A stretch of DNA of 64,000 nucleotides. Source: Octopus vulgaris (Eukaryota). This document shows positions 12,912 through 25,478 of this stretch, one piece after another. The DNA lies in contig OX597817.1 of assembly GCA_951406725.2 (NCBI GenBank), forward strand, positions 161,820,001 through 161,884,000, in the 5' to 3' direction. A program made the translations under genes and the position numbers. Numbering within the stretch: position 1 is the stretch's first letter; the number at the start of each line of letters is the position of its first letter. The notes under the pieces are model-generated. The model was not told the DNA's origin. It saw only the letters and a list, made by a program, of their open reading frames with translations, and searched no databases.

Positions 12912-13139
12912 TGATTTTTTAGCTTTTCTTTACGTTCTGGGTTCAAATGCTGCTGACGTCAACTTTGCCTTTCATCATTACAGGGTCGATAGGATAAGTA
13001 CCAGCTGAACACTGAGAGCGATATAACTGGTTTTCCCTCTTTATTCAAATTGTTGGCCTTATGCCAGACTCTCTTGCCTTTAAAAACCACATTCATTATT
13101 CTATCTCCAATTGCTGGTCAGTTATTTTTAGGGCATGTA

Positions 13140-13350
13140 ACTACACACGTGCTTTTCACAGACTTATCTGCTCCTTTCTCCTTTTCCTCTTCTCTGAAGT
13201 TCTTCCTCTTTCCGACGAAGAGCCATGCTCGAAACGTCACTTCCACCCCTACTTTCCCATCTAAAATTTTCACTGAACAAGTTTAATATATTTACTGTTT
13301 ACGTCTAATTGACTTTTGCTGTTTTTCTCCTGCTTTTTATTGTTAATTGG
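13140..13350 (+). mobile_element. Penelope-like terminal remnant with degenerate hammerhead motif
   Basis: ccgacga-a-gagc-cat-gctc-gaaa-cgtc at 13212-13238, then a T-rich end running into TA repeats. Confidence 0.55.
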
Positions 13351-13386
13351 CCTATACATATATACATATATAAATACATACATATA

Positions 13387-13428
<42 letters not shown>

Positions 13429-13431
<3 letters not shown>

Positions 13432-13998
13432 TGGGTTGTCCGGAAAGTTCGTGCTAATTTTTAAAGGAAAGAAAAAGGTCAATAAATACTTGCCATTACA
13501 TTTTTAATCAACCAAATATGAACCATTTTGTTGCACAATGCGTCTCCATCTTTCCTTCAACTTGAAAATACCCTCTTCCCAGAATTGAGGTGGTTTCATG
13601 GCAAGCAATTCATCAAGGTATCTTTTTACGTCATTCAAGGAATTGAAATTTTTACCATTAAGACCATTCTGCAGAGACCTAAATAAGTGGAAATACGAAA
13701 GAGCACTATCTGGTGAATATGGAGGGTGGGGTAACACATCCCAGCCGAGCTGCAGCAATTTTTGTCTGGTTCCCAAAACATCAAGTACCGAAAATGAACT
13801 TTCTTATCTTCCATTTTAAAGGGTTACAGAATTAACACAGGTTATAGGAACATAAACCTTCTTCCACGAAAAGATAGCTTAAATTGTGCTCTAAGCGGAG
13901 GTGTAGTCAAATCCTATTTTATGGACTCAACCATGTTCTAAAATAAGTCGAAAGGTAAGCTACTATAAATCGGCACGAACTTTCCGGACAACCCAATA
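13429..13998 (-). mobile_element. Internally deleted mariner (DD34D) element
   Basis: TIRs tattgggttgtccggaaagttcgtgc / gcacgaactttccggacaacccaata. The transposase start MEDKKVHFRYLM is joined to the C-terminus WDVLPHPPYSPDSALSYFHLFRSL. Confidence 0.92.
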
Positions 13999-14004
13999 TA
14001 TTCT

Positions 14005-14272
14005 TTCATTTTATTCTTTCACTCGTTTCGTTTAGTAGAGTGTAGCCATGCCTTGGCAACACCTTGAAACATTTTAGTCGAATGAAACGACCCATTATTT
14101 TTCATTTTCAAATTTTTTTAAAAGCCTGTTGCTTATTCCATCGGTCTCTTTTGCCAAACCGCTATGTTACGGGGGGCGTAAACACACCAACACCGGTTGT
14201 CAAGCGTTGGTGGGGAACAAACACAGACACATACACACGCGTGCGCACACATATATATACGCCGGGTTTCTT
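14005..14272 (-). mobile_element. SINE family B, partial
   Basis: Family-B 3' half in reverse orientation (ggtctcttttgccaaaccgcta...aacacaccaacaccggttgtcaag). Confidence 0.7.
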
Positions 14273-14445
14273 TGAGTAATATGTAAATTGCTCTTACAAG
14301 GCGGAAAAAGTTTGTCAACAAACAGCCATGAGACTCGAACACATCACCCCCCCAAGAATCCGACTGAGTGCTTTACCATATATATATATTGTTTGTTTGT
14401 ATTCCACCTGCCTTCGTCTTTTGTTTATTTTCATAAAGCTTCCCG

Positions 14446-14503
<58 letters not shown>

Positions 14504-14526
14504 ATATATATATGTATATATGTATA

Positions 14527-14606
<80 letters not shown>

Positions 14607-14649
14607 TATATGTATATATGTATATATATATATATATATATATCTGTCC

Positions 14650-14689
<40 letters not shown>

Positions 14690-14701
14690 ATATATATATA
14701 C

Positions 14702-14755
<54 letters not shown>

Positions 14756-15461
14756 GTATCTATATGTATGTGTGTCTGTGTGTGTGTAGATATATAATTA
14801 CACACACACACGCGCGCGCGCGCGCGTATATATTTATATAAAGCGTCATAATTGCTGGGTGTCAACAACAGTAGAGTGTTGGACAAAATGCTGCCAGGCT
14901 TCAATAGTTTCTGTTAGGTTATGAGTTCAAGCCCAACTGATGACAACTCTACATTTTATATCTTGAGCATTGATAAAATACGTATGAGTTCAGTACTGGG
15001 ATCAAATAAATGAATTAAGTACTGCAAACTGAACAATCAAATACCAGTCAAGTATATTTGATCCTCTTCTACGCCCATCTTCACCCTATTGCTTGCTCAT
15101 GCTCCCTTGGCTTACAAGACATACCAGTCGAATCCCCAGTTCACCAACTTGGGGCTAAACAAGAAAAACGTTTAAACTCCAATGACAATGTTGGCAAAGA
15201 AATGAATAATGAATTTGTGACAGAAAACGCTGACATTATCGATTTAAACGCTGACATTATCGATTTAAACTTTTCTCTGCGAAAGGGTAAAGAGCAACAA
15301 AAGCCACGCCAACATCCACATACACACATATGTACGAATTTCGTTGATCGTAAATGTTAGTGGCTTTAGGATCGCTTTAAGAATGTTACTTGTCAAAAAT
15401 AGATTCTGATACGGAAAAAAATTCAGTCAAAGAAAGTAATCCGGCAGCAGCGTATTGCATA

Positions 15462-15829
15462 TGGAAGCACTCCGTCGGTTACGACGATGAGGGTTCCGGT
15501 TGATCCGAATCAACGGAACAGCCTGCTCGTGAACAGCACTCCACAGACACGTGTACCCTTAACGTAGTTCTCGGGGATATTCAGCGTGACACAGAGAGTC
15601 ACAAGGCCGGCCCTTTGAAATACAGGTACAACAGAAACAGGAAGTAAGAGTGAGAGAAAGTTGTGGTGAAAGAGTACAGCAGGGATCACCACCATCCCCT
15701 GCCGGAGCGTCGTGGAGCTTTTAGGTGTTTTCGCTCAATAAACACTCACAACATCCGGTCTGGGAATCGAAACCGCGATCCTATGACCTTGAGTCCGCTG
15801 CCCTAACCACTGGGCCATTGTGCCTCCAC
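15462..15829 (-). mobile_element. SINE family A
   Basis: Reverse complement of 6902-7287 with a small internal deletion; TSD attgcata. Confidence 0.92.
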
Positions 15830-16063
15830 ATTGCATAAGTGTGCGTCTATTCGTCAGAGGAATTTGTGCAAAAACTAGCAAAGCGAATAACGACGTAACT
15901 TCGGTCTGATCGAAGAGCAGGAGCGGAGAACATGCAGAAGCAACCGAAAAAAGAGCTGAGCAGTTCTTGGACCAGTATTCTGTTCATTGACTGAAGAAAA
16001 TAACATGGAAGTACCTGAGAATTATTCAGGATGGAAGTGGAAGGCGAAAGGCTTTGTACAGAT

Positions 16064-16591
16064 CAAGGGCGGGGGAAACATTTTAGTGCGGCGGGCAAAA
16101 ATTTCCTAAGAAAAAGGTCCGCGGGAGGATCACAAGTTCTACCTCATATCTGTGTAAATCTTGTATATATCTATGTATAATTCGATATACATTCATAAAG
16201 GTAAGCTTAACACATTAAATTAATGCGTAACATCTTCATTAACGCCGCCACTGAATTTAAGACGTTTATATTACTTATGAGGTATTCTATATTTTTCAGG
16301 TAGAGCGTAATTGGGTCTCATGGGGGTGGTACAAACAGCAATACGTGTTTTATAGTGAAAACAAAATTTCCATTCAAATGGCAATTATCAGCGATTTTTG
16401 TTCAAGTCTGGCCATTTTAACTCGTAGTGGAAACGCGACCTATGTCGCAAATAGGCATACGAATATTGTATAAATTTTATAATTGAAAAATTTACTGTAT
16501 TTTTGTAAATATGAGCATATCAGCCTTCGGGTACAATAAAATGGGCTCGCAGGTGCAATTGGGCTCATGGGCGGGTGTTTCCCCACCCCTG
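16064..16591. mobile_element. hAT-type non-autonomous element
   Basis: TIRs caagggcgggggaaac / gtttccccacccctg and an 8-bp TSD gtacagat/gtatagat. Confidence 0.7.
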
Positions 16592-17127
16592 GTATAGATC
16601 AAGAATGAGCAACCTTTTTCGAAAAGCGGACAGCATGAGACGTGGTTCATCAGAAGGCGGGTCGTACTACAAAAAGAATTCAAAGTAAGTTTTTTTGTTA
16701 GGTGTACCGTTCAGAAAGTGTTACGGGCCGCAGTTTGCCTGTGACTGCGCTTAGGTTCATGTCACATCACACGGGCCAGCCGTACAATGGAGACACTCAG
16801 TCGATTTCCTTGGTATTCATGACATTTGAGGGCTTCCTGCCTTAAGGGACTAGAAAGATAAAGGGAAAAAACAGAAGAGCGGCAACAATGGACAGCAGTA
16901 GAACCAGCTTCAAAAGCAGCTATTTTGGAGTCTAAGGTCAGGCATTGACCAATTACCCAATTCTAACCAATAACCCCAAAATATATTTATGTTGATGTTA
17001 GCCCCTTGATTTGAAAGGAAGAAAACCATAGATTCTTTGAATTCGAAAGGTTTATTGAATCTATTTATACGGAGAATATAATTAAGAATATAAAAAGTAT
17101 AAAACAAATGCAATAAAATAAATTAAT

Positions 17128-17540
17128 AGGCGCAGGAGTGGCTGTGTGGTAAGTAGCTTGCTAACCAACCACATGGTTCTGGGTTCAGTCCCACTGCGTG
17201 GCACCTTGGGCAAGTGTCTTCTACTATAGCCCCGGGCCGACCAATGCCTTGTGAGTGGATTTGGTAGACGGAAACTGAAAGAAGCCTATCGTATATATGT
17301 GTATATATATAAGTGTGTGTGTATATGTTTGTGTGTCTGTGTTTGTCCCCCTAGCATTGCTTGACAACCGACGCTAGTGTGTTTACGTCCCCGTTACTTA
17401 GCGGTTCGGCAAAAGAGACCGATAGAATAAGTACTGGGCTTACAAAGAATAAGTCCCGGGGTCGATTTGCTCGACTAAAGGCGGTGCTCCAGCATGGCCG
17501 CAGTCAAATGACTGAAACAAGTAAAAGAGTAAAAGAGAGA
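17128..17540 (+). mobile_element. SINE family B, full length (reference copy)
   Basis: Complete head, core, short internal microsatellite and (gtaaaaga)n tail. Confidence 0.92.
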
Positions 17541-18173
17541 GTATCCTCATTATGAAACAAAAGGATTTTTCTAGAAACTTTTCCACTTCAGGTTTTGGAG
17601 AAATGGTGTTTCATTTTTGTTACAATTACGTCAAAATGGGGTCATTTTGATGCCAGGGAAATTTGGATACAGTCTTTTGGGATCCAATCAATTACTTGGC
17701 TTTGTTTTTATGTTCATTAGAGTGGAAAATCCTTGTTCGCAAAGGTAGGTTGTTGCAAAAGGCAGCAACTTTTTGACTGCCTCCTCATGCCAGGAGAAAA
17801 ATTTCTATCATAACAAGGAACATATTTTTTAATATAGTTTTACTTAAATCTAATGAGTCGTCATTACTCCCATGAATTTCATCTTTACACCCACTTAGGA
17901 TAATTTATCCCGGACTTGCAATGAGTTCGTGCCAGAGGACTTGCAATAAGATCGTACCAGAAACTATCCTGTTGTGAAGAAAGCTGTGTGACAATGCAGG
18001 CCAGAGCCGAATCCAGATGTTTAGACATGAGTTTTCTGCAACAGATTAAAGTCCTTCTAACTTTATCTTTTGGGAGTTGAACAGTAGGTATCCAAGAATA
18101 TTAATGGCCTAGTCGGTAGAGTGCCAGATAGTCAATCGAGGAATCGCTATTTTGTATCTAGTCTGTGGTGTTC

Positions 18174-19510
18174 TTAGGTCATCATGTATGAAATTTGTAG
18201 TAAGGTACCTGGTAAACTTTGACAGCTGGTCATTTTATGCCATTATTATATTATGACAACCTTTATTTTTTGTTAGAAAGCTGACACATCTATTTCTTTA
18301 TTCTAACTCATTTTGTGCTTTATAAAATATTTATAAATCGTTTTTTTTTTTTGTTATTTTTGTTTAGAGATGGATAAGTCGGAAATTTGTACAGTTTTGA
18401 AAGAGTTCTTTCTTGGAAATACATCATCACAGACAGCTCGGAATATTAATGGAGTATTTGATTTTAATGCTATTACACAGCACACGTTATTAAATTGGTT
18501 TGCAAAATTTCGTTCTGGTAACTTTGACCTCACAAATGAGCAATGCGGTCGACTAGAAACAAAAGTGGATAATGATGAACTGAAAGCCACTGTCAAATCA
18601 GATCCATCTCAATGTGCCCGTGAATTATCGTTGTTGTTTGGTGTTAGCAAGCAAACGATATTGACTGACCTAGTTCAAATCGGTAAAGTGAAAAAGTTGT
18701 ATAAGTGGGTTTCACATGAACTCAATGAAAATCAGAAACAGCAACGTTTGGAAGCCTGCATTATGCTACTTTCTCGTCACAAAAATGAATCAGTTTTGAA
18801 TCGAATTGTAACATGCGATGAGAAATGGATCCAATACAACAACCGTAAACGTTCAGTACAATGTTTGGACAGAGACGAGCCACCAAAAAGTAAAATTCAT
18901 GAAAAGAAGCTGATGGTGTGTGTTTGGTGGTCTGGAGCAGGTGTAATCCATTATGATTTCATTAAAACTGGCTCATCAATCACGACAGAAGTATACTGCA
19001 GCCAAGTGGAATAAATGATTGATTGATTGATTCTAGTTTCAGCTCATGAGCTGTGGCCATGCTGGGGCACCGCCAGCAGAAACTTACCAAAAAAAGCATC
19101 CTCGATTAATCAACAGATCCACTCCTATTTTATTGCAAGACAACACCAGACCAGACATCGCAAAAATGACACTGGCGAAAGTACAGGAGTTGGAATTGGA
19201 AGTTCTCCATCATCCACCATACTCACATGATCTTGCCCCCATTGTCTACCGCTTCTTCCAGAATTTGGATAACATTTTGATTGGAAAAAAAATTAATTCC
19301 AACGATGCTGTAAAACAGGCCTTTCAAGATTTTATTGACTATAGATTGCCAAGCTTTTGCAGTTCTGGGTTGGACAAGCTACCGCTGAAGTGGCAAAAGT
19401 GTATTGACAATATGGGTGCATACTTTGATGAATAAAACTATTCCTTGTATTTATAAAACATTAACAAACTTTCTTTCTTTTCTACAAATTTCATACTTGA
19501 CGACCTAATA
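18174..19510 (+). mobile_element. Full-length mariner (DD34D) transposon, inactivated
   Basis: TIRs ttaggtcatcatgtatgaaatttgtag / ctacaaatttcatacttgacgacctaa enclose the transposase remnant. Confidence 0.93.
18370..19435 (+). pseudogene. Mariner transposase pseudogene
   Basis: Motifs WFAKFRSG, WVSHEL, VTCDEKW, LQDN and HPPYSHDLAP. There is a stop at 19012-19014, a ~57-bp insertion, and the third catalytic Asp is replaced (PIVY instead of PSDY). Confidence 0.92.
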
Positions 19511-19515
19511 TATTG

Positions 19516-19749
19516 TTATTTCTTTATTGCCCACAAGGGTCTAAACATAGAGGGGACAAACAAGGACAGACAAAGGGATTAAGTCGATTACATCGACCCC
19601 AGTGCGTAACTGGTACTTAATTTATCGACTCCGAAAGGATGAAAGGCAAAGTCGACCTCGGCGGAATTTGAACTCACAACGTAACGGCAGACGAAATACC
19701 GCTAAGCATTTCGCCCGGCGTGCTAACGTTTCTGCCAGCTCGCCGCCTT
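19516..19749 (-). mobile_element. SINE family C monomer abutting the mariner TIR
   Basis: Reverse complement of 20876-21107; cgacctaatatattg is duplicated at 19501 and ~19772. Confidence 0.9.
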
Positions 19750-20029
19750 ATATAATTGTGTCCTAATATGCGACCTAATATATTGTGTCCGTGTCTAAGG
19801 CACTTAGCTCTCAGTGGGCATAAGTATAGCCGAATGTTTAAAAAATGCGCTTCACAATCACGAGTCTAGTGGACAGAAATTGTTATGTAGATCTTATGAT
19901 GGATTGTATTTGTAATTCAAAGGGCAGCATTGCTACACATTGCTACCAGACTTGTTCTATCTGAGAATGGCATTATTTTTCCTTGCTCATTCTTTGACAA
20001 AATAGCTCTAAAATACCTCCAAACACTTT

Positions 20030-20260
20030 ATATTGGTTTCAAATTTTAGCACAAGGCCAGCAATTTCTGGGAAGAGATTAATCGTTTACAGCATCGAACC
20101 CATTGTTAATCTGGTGCTTAACTAGTACTTATTTCATCGATCCCGAAAGGATGAGAGGCAAAGTGAACCCCGGTGGCATTTGAACTCAAAACGGAAGTCG
20201 GAAGAAATGCCGCCAAGCATTTTGTTCGGTCCCGTATCGATTCTGCCAGCTGGCCACCTT
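20030..20260 (-). mobile_element. SINE family C, degenerate
   Basis: cgaaggatgagaggcaaagt...ggcatttgaactca...ctgccagct. Confidence 0.65.
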
Positions 20261-20294
20261 AAACACTTTGTATTCAATGAGCAAGTAACGAAAG

Positions 20295-20530
20295 CAAGTA
20301 GCTTAGTAGTTAGGGTATTCGGTTCATGATCACAAGGTTGCGAATTCGATTTCCGGCGGCGCGTTGTATCCTTAGGCAAGACACTTTATTTCATGTCGCT
20401 CCAGTCCACTCGGATGGCAAAAATGTACCTGTACCTGTAATTCAAAGGGTCAGCCTTGTCACATTCTGTGCCACGCTGAATCTCCCTGAGTGTGACTGTG
20501 GAGTGCTCAGCCACTTGCAAGTTCATTTCT
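20295..20530 (+). mobile_element. SINE family A, degenerate
   Basis: tRNA-like head plus tcaaagggtcagccttgtcaca...gtggagtgctcagccacttgc. Confidence 0.65.
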
Positions 20531-20875
20531 CTATTTTTGTATTAGCATATTTCTGCGCGCGCGCGCACGTATGTGCCAAACAGAACTGTCGCAAAACAGG
20601 CAGAATGTCCAGCCAGCTATGCCAAATTGTCTACGTGCCAACAGCTGCGCCCAATCGTCTCATTTCATTGATCCGATCTATTGGAACACTCATCATCATA
20701 GTCAACGGAGTGCCATTTTAATGAGAAAATAATTCAGTCAATCCAACCACAAGACTACTCATCGTCGCAACTGCCTGAGATCCATTTACTTTTGCTATTT
20801 CAGTTCTCAACAGCCGAGTCCACATGGCTGTAAGTGAATACGTGGATATATACAGCAACTACTATCTCAGTGAGA

Positions 20876-21107
20876 AGGCGGCGAGCTGGCAGAAACGTTA
20901 GCACGCCGGGTGAAATGCGTAGCCGTATTTCGTCTGCCCTTACGTTCCGAGTTCAAATTCCGCCGAGGTCGACTTTGCCTTTCATCCTTTCGGGGTCGAT
21001 AAATTAAGTACCAGTTACGCACTGGGGTCGATGTAATCGACTTAATCCCTTTGTCTGTCCTTGTTTGTCCCCTCTGTGTTTAGCCCCTTGTGGGTAGTAA
21101 AGAAATA
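20876..21107 (+). mobile_element. SINE family C monomer (reference copy)
   Basis: aggcggcgagctggcagaaacgttagc head, gagttcaaattcc B box, Meta-like core, and a tail ending taaagaaata. Confidence 0.92.
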
Positions 21108-21504
21108 TATATCAGCGACGTACACTTCACCCAGTTCCGGTTGGGTACCGCAACGGCAGTGTTGCTGAACTCGGTCGTACTTGGAGGTTTTCGGTGAGGC
21201 CCCACTCACATTGATCTAAATCTTACAGCAACTACTATCTCGGTGAGAAACAGTGGCTATGTCTCTATCTGTGTACCTCGAGATACACACAGACGTGCTC
21301 TTCGCCCAGTTCATAAATAGGTACCATACAGCGGTTCGATTCTCTTATGAATGTCCGCAGTGGCAATGAGTCTTCTGTTGTCTTGCAATGTCATATTTAG
21401 CTTTTCTGGTAGGTAAGGGTGCATGGGATAGCACCCTATCAGGGTGATGATTAGCTTTTGTCCAGTTGTCGCTAAAGAAACCTGAGATTGGCTCTAGACT
21501 CAAG

Positions 21505-21576
21505 AGGATGTAGGAGGAGGCAGAAAGAGGAGGGGATGAGGAGGAGGAAGAGGCAGGAGAACTAGAGAAGAAGAAG

Positions 21577-21608
<32 letters not shown>

Positions 21609-21740
21609 GAAGAAGTAGAAGAAGAAGAAGAAGAAGAAGAAGAGGGCGAGGTGGAGGGCAGGAGAAGAAGAAGAAGAAGAAGAAGAAGAAGAAGAAGAAG
21701 AAGAAGAAGAGGAGGAGGAGGAGGAGGAGGAGGAGGACGG
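21505..21740. repeat. (GAA)n/(GAG)n purine tract
   Basis: Direct reading. Confidence 0.9.
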
Positions 21741-22834
21741 GGAGGAGTGCGTGGTGTTTTCTTGTTTAACGACAATTATATTTATGCACAAGACCAAACG
21801 GTCAAGGAGAATGAATAGTCTAGAAAAGGACCGATCGCATTTGATTTTAATTGAATTTCATTTATCCTGAAAAAATGAAAAAGAGTGCCGATTATTCCAA
21901 TGGAATTCGAACTTAGAACGTCGAGGGACGAGGTCAAGCATGACCAACCCCACATTGCTGATGCTCTGATATTTATATTGCCTCACTGCCCCACTGCAGG
22001 AATTGGCGGGGAATTAGTCAACGGAACGATTGCTAGAACACTTGGTGCTTATTTTATCGACCTTCGAAGGATGAAAGGCGAAAACAACCCGGTGGGATTT
22101 GAACTCAGAACGCTAGGTTACAAAAATAAATAGTGTTGTACAATTAGTGCGATGCTCACCGCCCTATTGCTCGGTTTCATAATAAATATCTCAACCCAAT
22201 TAGTTCCAGTCCACAGCATGAAGTAGCAACTTAGTGTTTAATAATGGCTATATTTTTCACAATTCCCAAGGAAATAGCAGAGTTCTCGCGTATAGACGAC
22301 GCCCACTATTACATAGCGTTTTTACTGTTATTGGGCAAAATATAAAACACTTTAGTGAAACAACACCAAGGAAGCCATAACGTAATAAAAGCAAAATCGA
22401 TAATACAATAATTATGAACCCGGTGAAGTTTATGAAAAATTGCAGAAATAAAAACAACGTAAAATAATAACAATAATAATAGTAATAATAAACCCCGAAA
22501 AAAAATTATAGAAATAAAAATATAAATATAAATATAAAAGTGACATGAAATGAATGTGTGGAAAGAGAGTGTATTCAAGGGAAATAACTCATGTAATTAC
22601 GTTTAGTGGCCATTTACGATTTTACGATGCTGGCTTTTGAAACTAGGAAAACTGTTAACGGTATCTTTTCTTAGTTCCAGATATATTACACAGATAAATA
22701 ATATTTGAAAGACATCTCATATTAATTATAGGAGGTAATTGGTTTTTGATTTTTTTTTAATGTCAATGTTTGATCGTTTAATGTTATCTTTCAGCCTTTG
22801 TGCAGAGACATATCTAACAAATACTGACACAGGG

Positions 22835-23020
22835 TATGAGACGTTTTGGAACAGCAGTTTTGACGCCACTTATTTGGCGTCGTTCATACGACGCTGACTT
22901 ATTTGACATCAGACGTTTTAAATGTTTCTCTCGTTTCTCCTTTTCTTTCTCCTTCCCTCTCTCAGTTTATGTGTGTATGCATATTTCCTTTTATGTGCAT
23001 GAGGAGAGGAAGACTGTTTA
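22835..23020 (+). repeat. Old dispersed repeat, unclassified (copy 2 of 3)
   Basis: Matches 37785-38000 and the reverse complement of 770-960. Confidence 0.65.
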
Positions 23021-23133
23021 TATTCATTTAATAAATTTTAATCTCTCTCTCTCTCTCACACACACACACTATCTCTATTTGTATGAGTATATTTCTGCGC
23101 GCGTACGTGTGTGTATGTGTGTGTGTGTGTGTT

Positions 23134-23170
<37 letters not shown>

Positions 23171-23427
23171 ACCTTCAACGCCGGAAAGTTCAGTCGCCAG
23201 AGCAGGTAGAATGTTCAGTCAGCTGTGTCGAATCGTCTACGAACCAACAGCTGCGCCTTGATGTCTCATCCCGTTGTCCCATTTCATGTGACTTTGTCAT
23301 GCCAGAGGTGTTTAACTGGACCAGAGGACGGCTTCCGACATTGCATAGCTCTCAAGCTCTCCGGCCTCCCAAACGGCGGTCGATCTTTTTGCCTTCTTTC
23401 ACAAAAAATACCTACCAACTTGTAGAA

Positions 23428-23826
23428 TTCTTCTTCTTCTTCTTCTTCTTCTTCTTCTTCTTCTTCTTCTTCTTCTTCTTCTCCTCCTCTCCTCCTCTCC
23501 TCCTCCACCTCCTTCTCCTTCTTCTCCTCCACCTCCTCCTCCACATCCTCCTCCTCCTTCTCCTCCTCCTCCTCCCCTCCCCTTTTTCTTCTTCTTCTTC
23601 TCCTCCTCTCCTCCTCCACCTCCTTCTCCTTCTTATTCTTCTCCTTCTCCTCCTCCTCCTCCTCCTTCTCATCCTCCTCCTCCTCCTTCTTCTTCCTCTT
23701 CTCCTTCTTCTTCTCCTTCTTCTCCTTCTCCTTCTCCTCCTCCTCCTCCTCCTCCTCCTTCTCCCCTCCCTCTTCTTCTTCTTCTTCTTCTTCTTCTTCT
23801 TCTTCTTCTTCTTCTTCTTCTTCTTC
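23428..23826. repeat. (CTT)n/(CTC)n pyrimidine tract
   Basis: Direct reading. Confidence 0.92.
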
Positions 23827-24278
23827 ACCACGACGGTTCGATTCTTTTTGTGCCGCATTTCGAATCCTCGGCAGAACTTGAACTCAGAGTCAGAAGAAAT
23901 ACGGGTTCAGCATTCTTAGTTCTAAAACATTCTAATGCTAGGACGTTCAGACTATTCTATAGAGCAGAGCAGAGCAGAGCAGAGCAGAGCAGAACAGGGA
24001 GAACAAGAGACATAAAGACCCGAACTTTTGTCCTCATGCACAGATATCGGTAGCGCCAATTACTATTCAATCAGTTTACAGCTGCACCAGGACGTCCGAG
24101 TCGTTTTAAGACCCCGCCCCCCCTCTCTCTCTCTCTCTGACCCAGATTCTATTGACGCTTCTATGCTCCAAGATTCTGTTTTGTTTCCGCGAACTTTATC
24201 TCCTATATATCAATAACCTGTAACAGCGTTTCAGTCTTAGCGAACTGCGCCATCCTTTACTCCTACGTAACTTTTCTG

Positions 24279-24319
<41 letters not shown>

Positions 24320-24321
<2 letters not shown>

Positions 24322-24747
24322 TCTTTTTCTCTTTTACTTGTTTCAGTCATTTGACTGCGGCCATGCTGGAGCACCGCCTTTAATCGAGCAACTCGACCCC
24401 GGGACTTATTCTTTTTGTAAGCCCAGTACTTATTCTATCGGTCTCTTTTGCCGAACCGCTAAGTCACGGGGACGTAAACACACCAGCATCGGTTGTCAAG
24501 CAATGCTAGAGGGACAATCACAGGCACACAAACATATGCACACAACATACATATACATATATATATATATATACATATATACGACAGGCTTCTTTCAGTT
24601 TCCGTCTACCAAATCCACTCACAAGGCTTTGGTCGGCCCGAGGCTATAGCAGAAGACACTTGCCCAAGATGCCACGCAGTGGGACTGAACCCGAAACCAT
24701 GTGGTTGGTAAACAAGCTACTTACCACACAACCACTCCTGCGCCTAT
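24320..24747 (-). mobile_element. SINE family B
   Basis: Close reverse complement of 17128-17540, flanked by TA repeats. Confidence 0.92.
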
Positions 24748-24840
24748 ATATACATATATATATTTCAATATGTTACCGCATGTGTAACGTTGGCGATTTT
24801 TTTCCTCCGTCTTCCCTTCCTTGGATATTTCCTTTTTCTA

Positions 24841-24877
24841 TATTTCTGATGAAGAGCTCCGCTCGAAACGTTAAATG
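24841..24877 (+). ncRNA. Minimal type-I hammerhead ribozyme motif (Penelope-like terminus)
   Basis: tattt-CTGATGA-a-gagc(tcc)gctc-GAAA-cgt-t-aaatg: intact core, stem II, palindromic ACGT stem III, and stem I tattt/aaatg. Confidence 0.72.
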
Positions 24878-25478
24878 CCCCTTCTTTCTTTCCTTTCCTG
24901 AGCATCCAATAACACTATACTTGTTCTACGTTCTCGCATTGTTGTGTTTTCATGTTTGGATTAACTATATATATATATTAGATTGTTTCACATAAAATGT
25001 CATGTTTCAAAGGTAACAATAAAATATTTCAGAAGTGTTAGAGAACTGATTTATTTAATCAAAGTATGATCCATGTTCATTTATGACATTTACCAAAGGT
25101 TTCCCTCTATGTCATTTATTCCATCTTAAAAAGAAAAAAAAATCACTTTTTGTTGTGTCCGAATGCTTCAATTACCTCTTATTTATTTAAGAATGTTTTA
25201 TTGTTTATGAAAAGCTCAAAATGCTTAGATAAGTCATGATCAGTAGGAGAGATAACAGGGGAATAGGGAGGATGTTGCAAAATCTCATAATTCGAGCTTT
25301 GAAACTTTTGGTTTGTAACTTGAGAAGTGTTTAATGTTTAAAATGCGGTGAAGCATTTTTGATGGAATCATTCTACACTTTGAAATGTCTTTCATAATAC
25401 GTCCATTTTTCAGAAGAATACAAAGGAATAGTAAGACAAACGATTTGTAAAGAACCAATTTTGTGTTTCTATTTATGG

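Noticed and set aside
20851-21249. SINE 3' transduction suggested by a 26-bp direct repeat
   Set aside because: Homology continues beyond the repeat (gacgt...cttc-cccagttc...ggtacc in both), indicating a pre-existing tandem duplication into which the SINE inserted.
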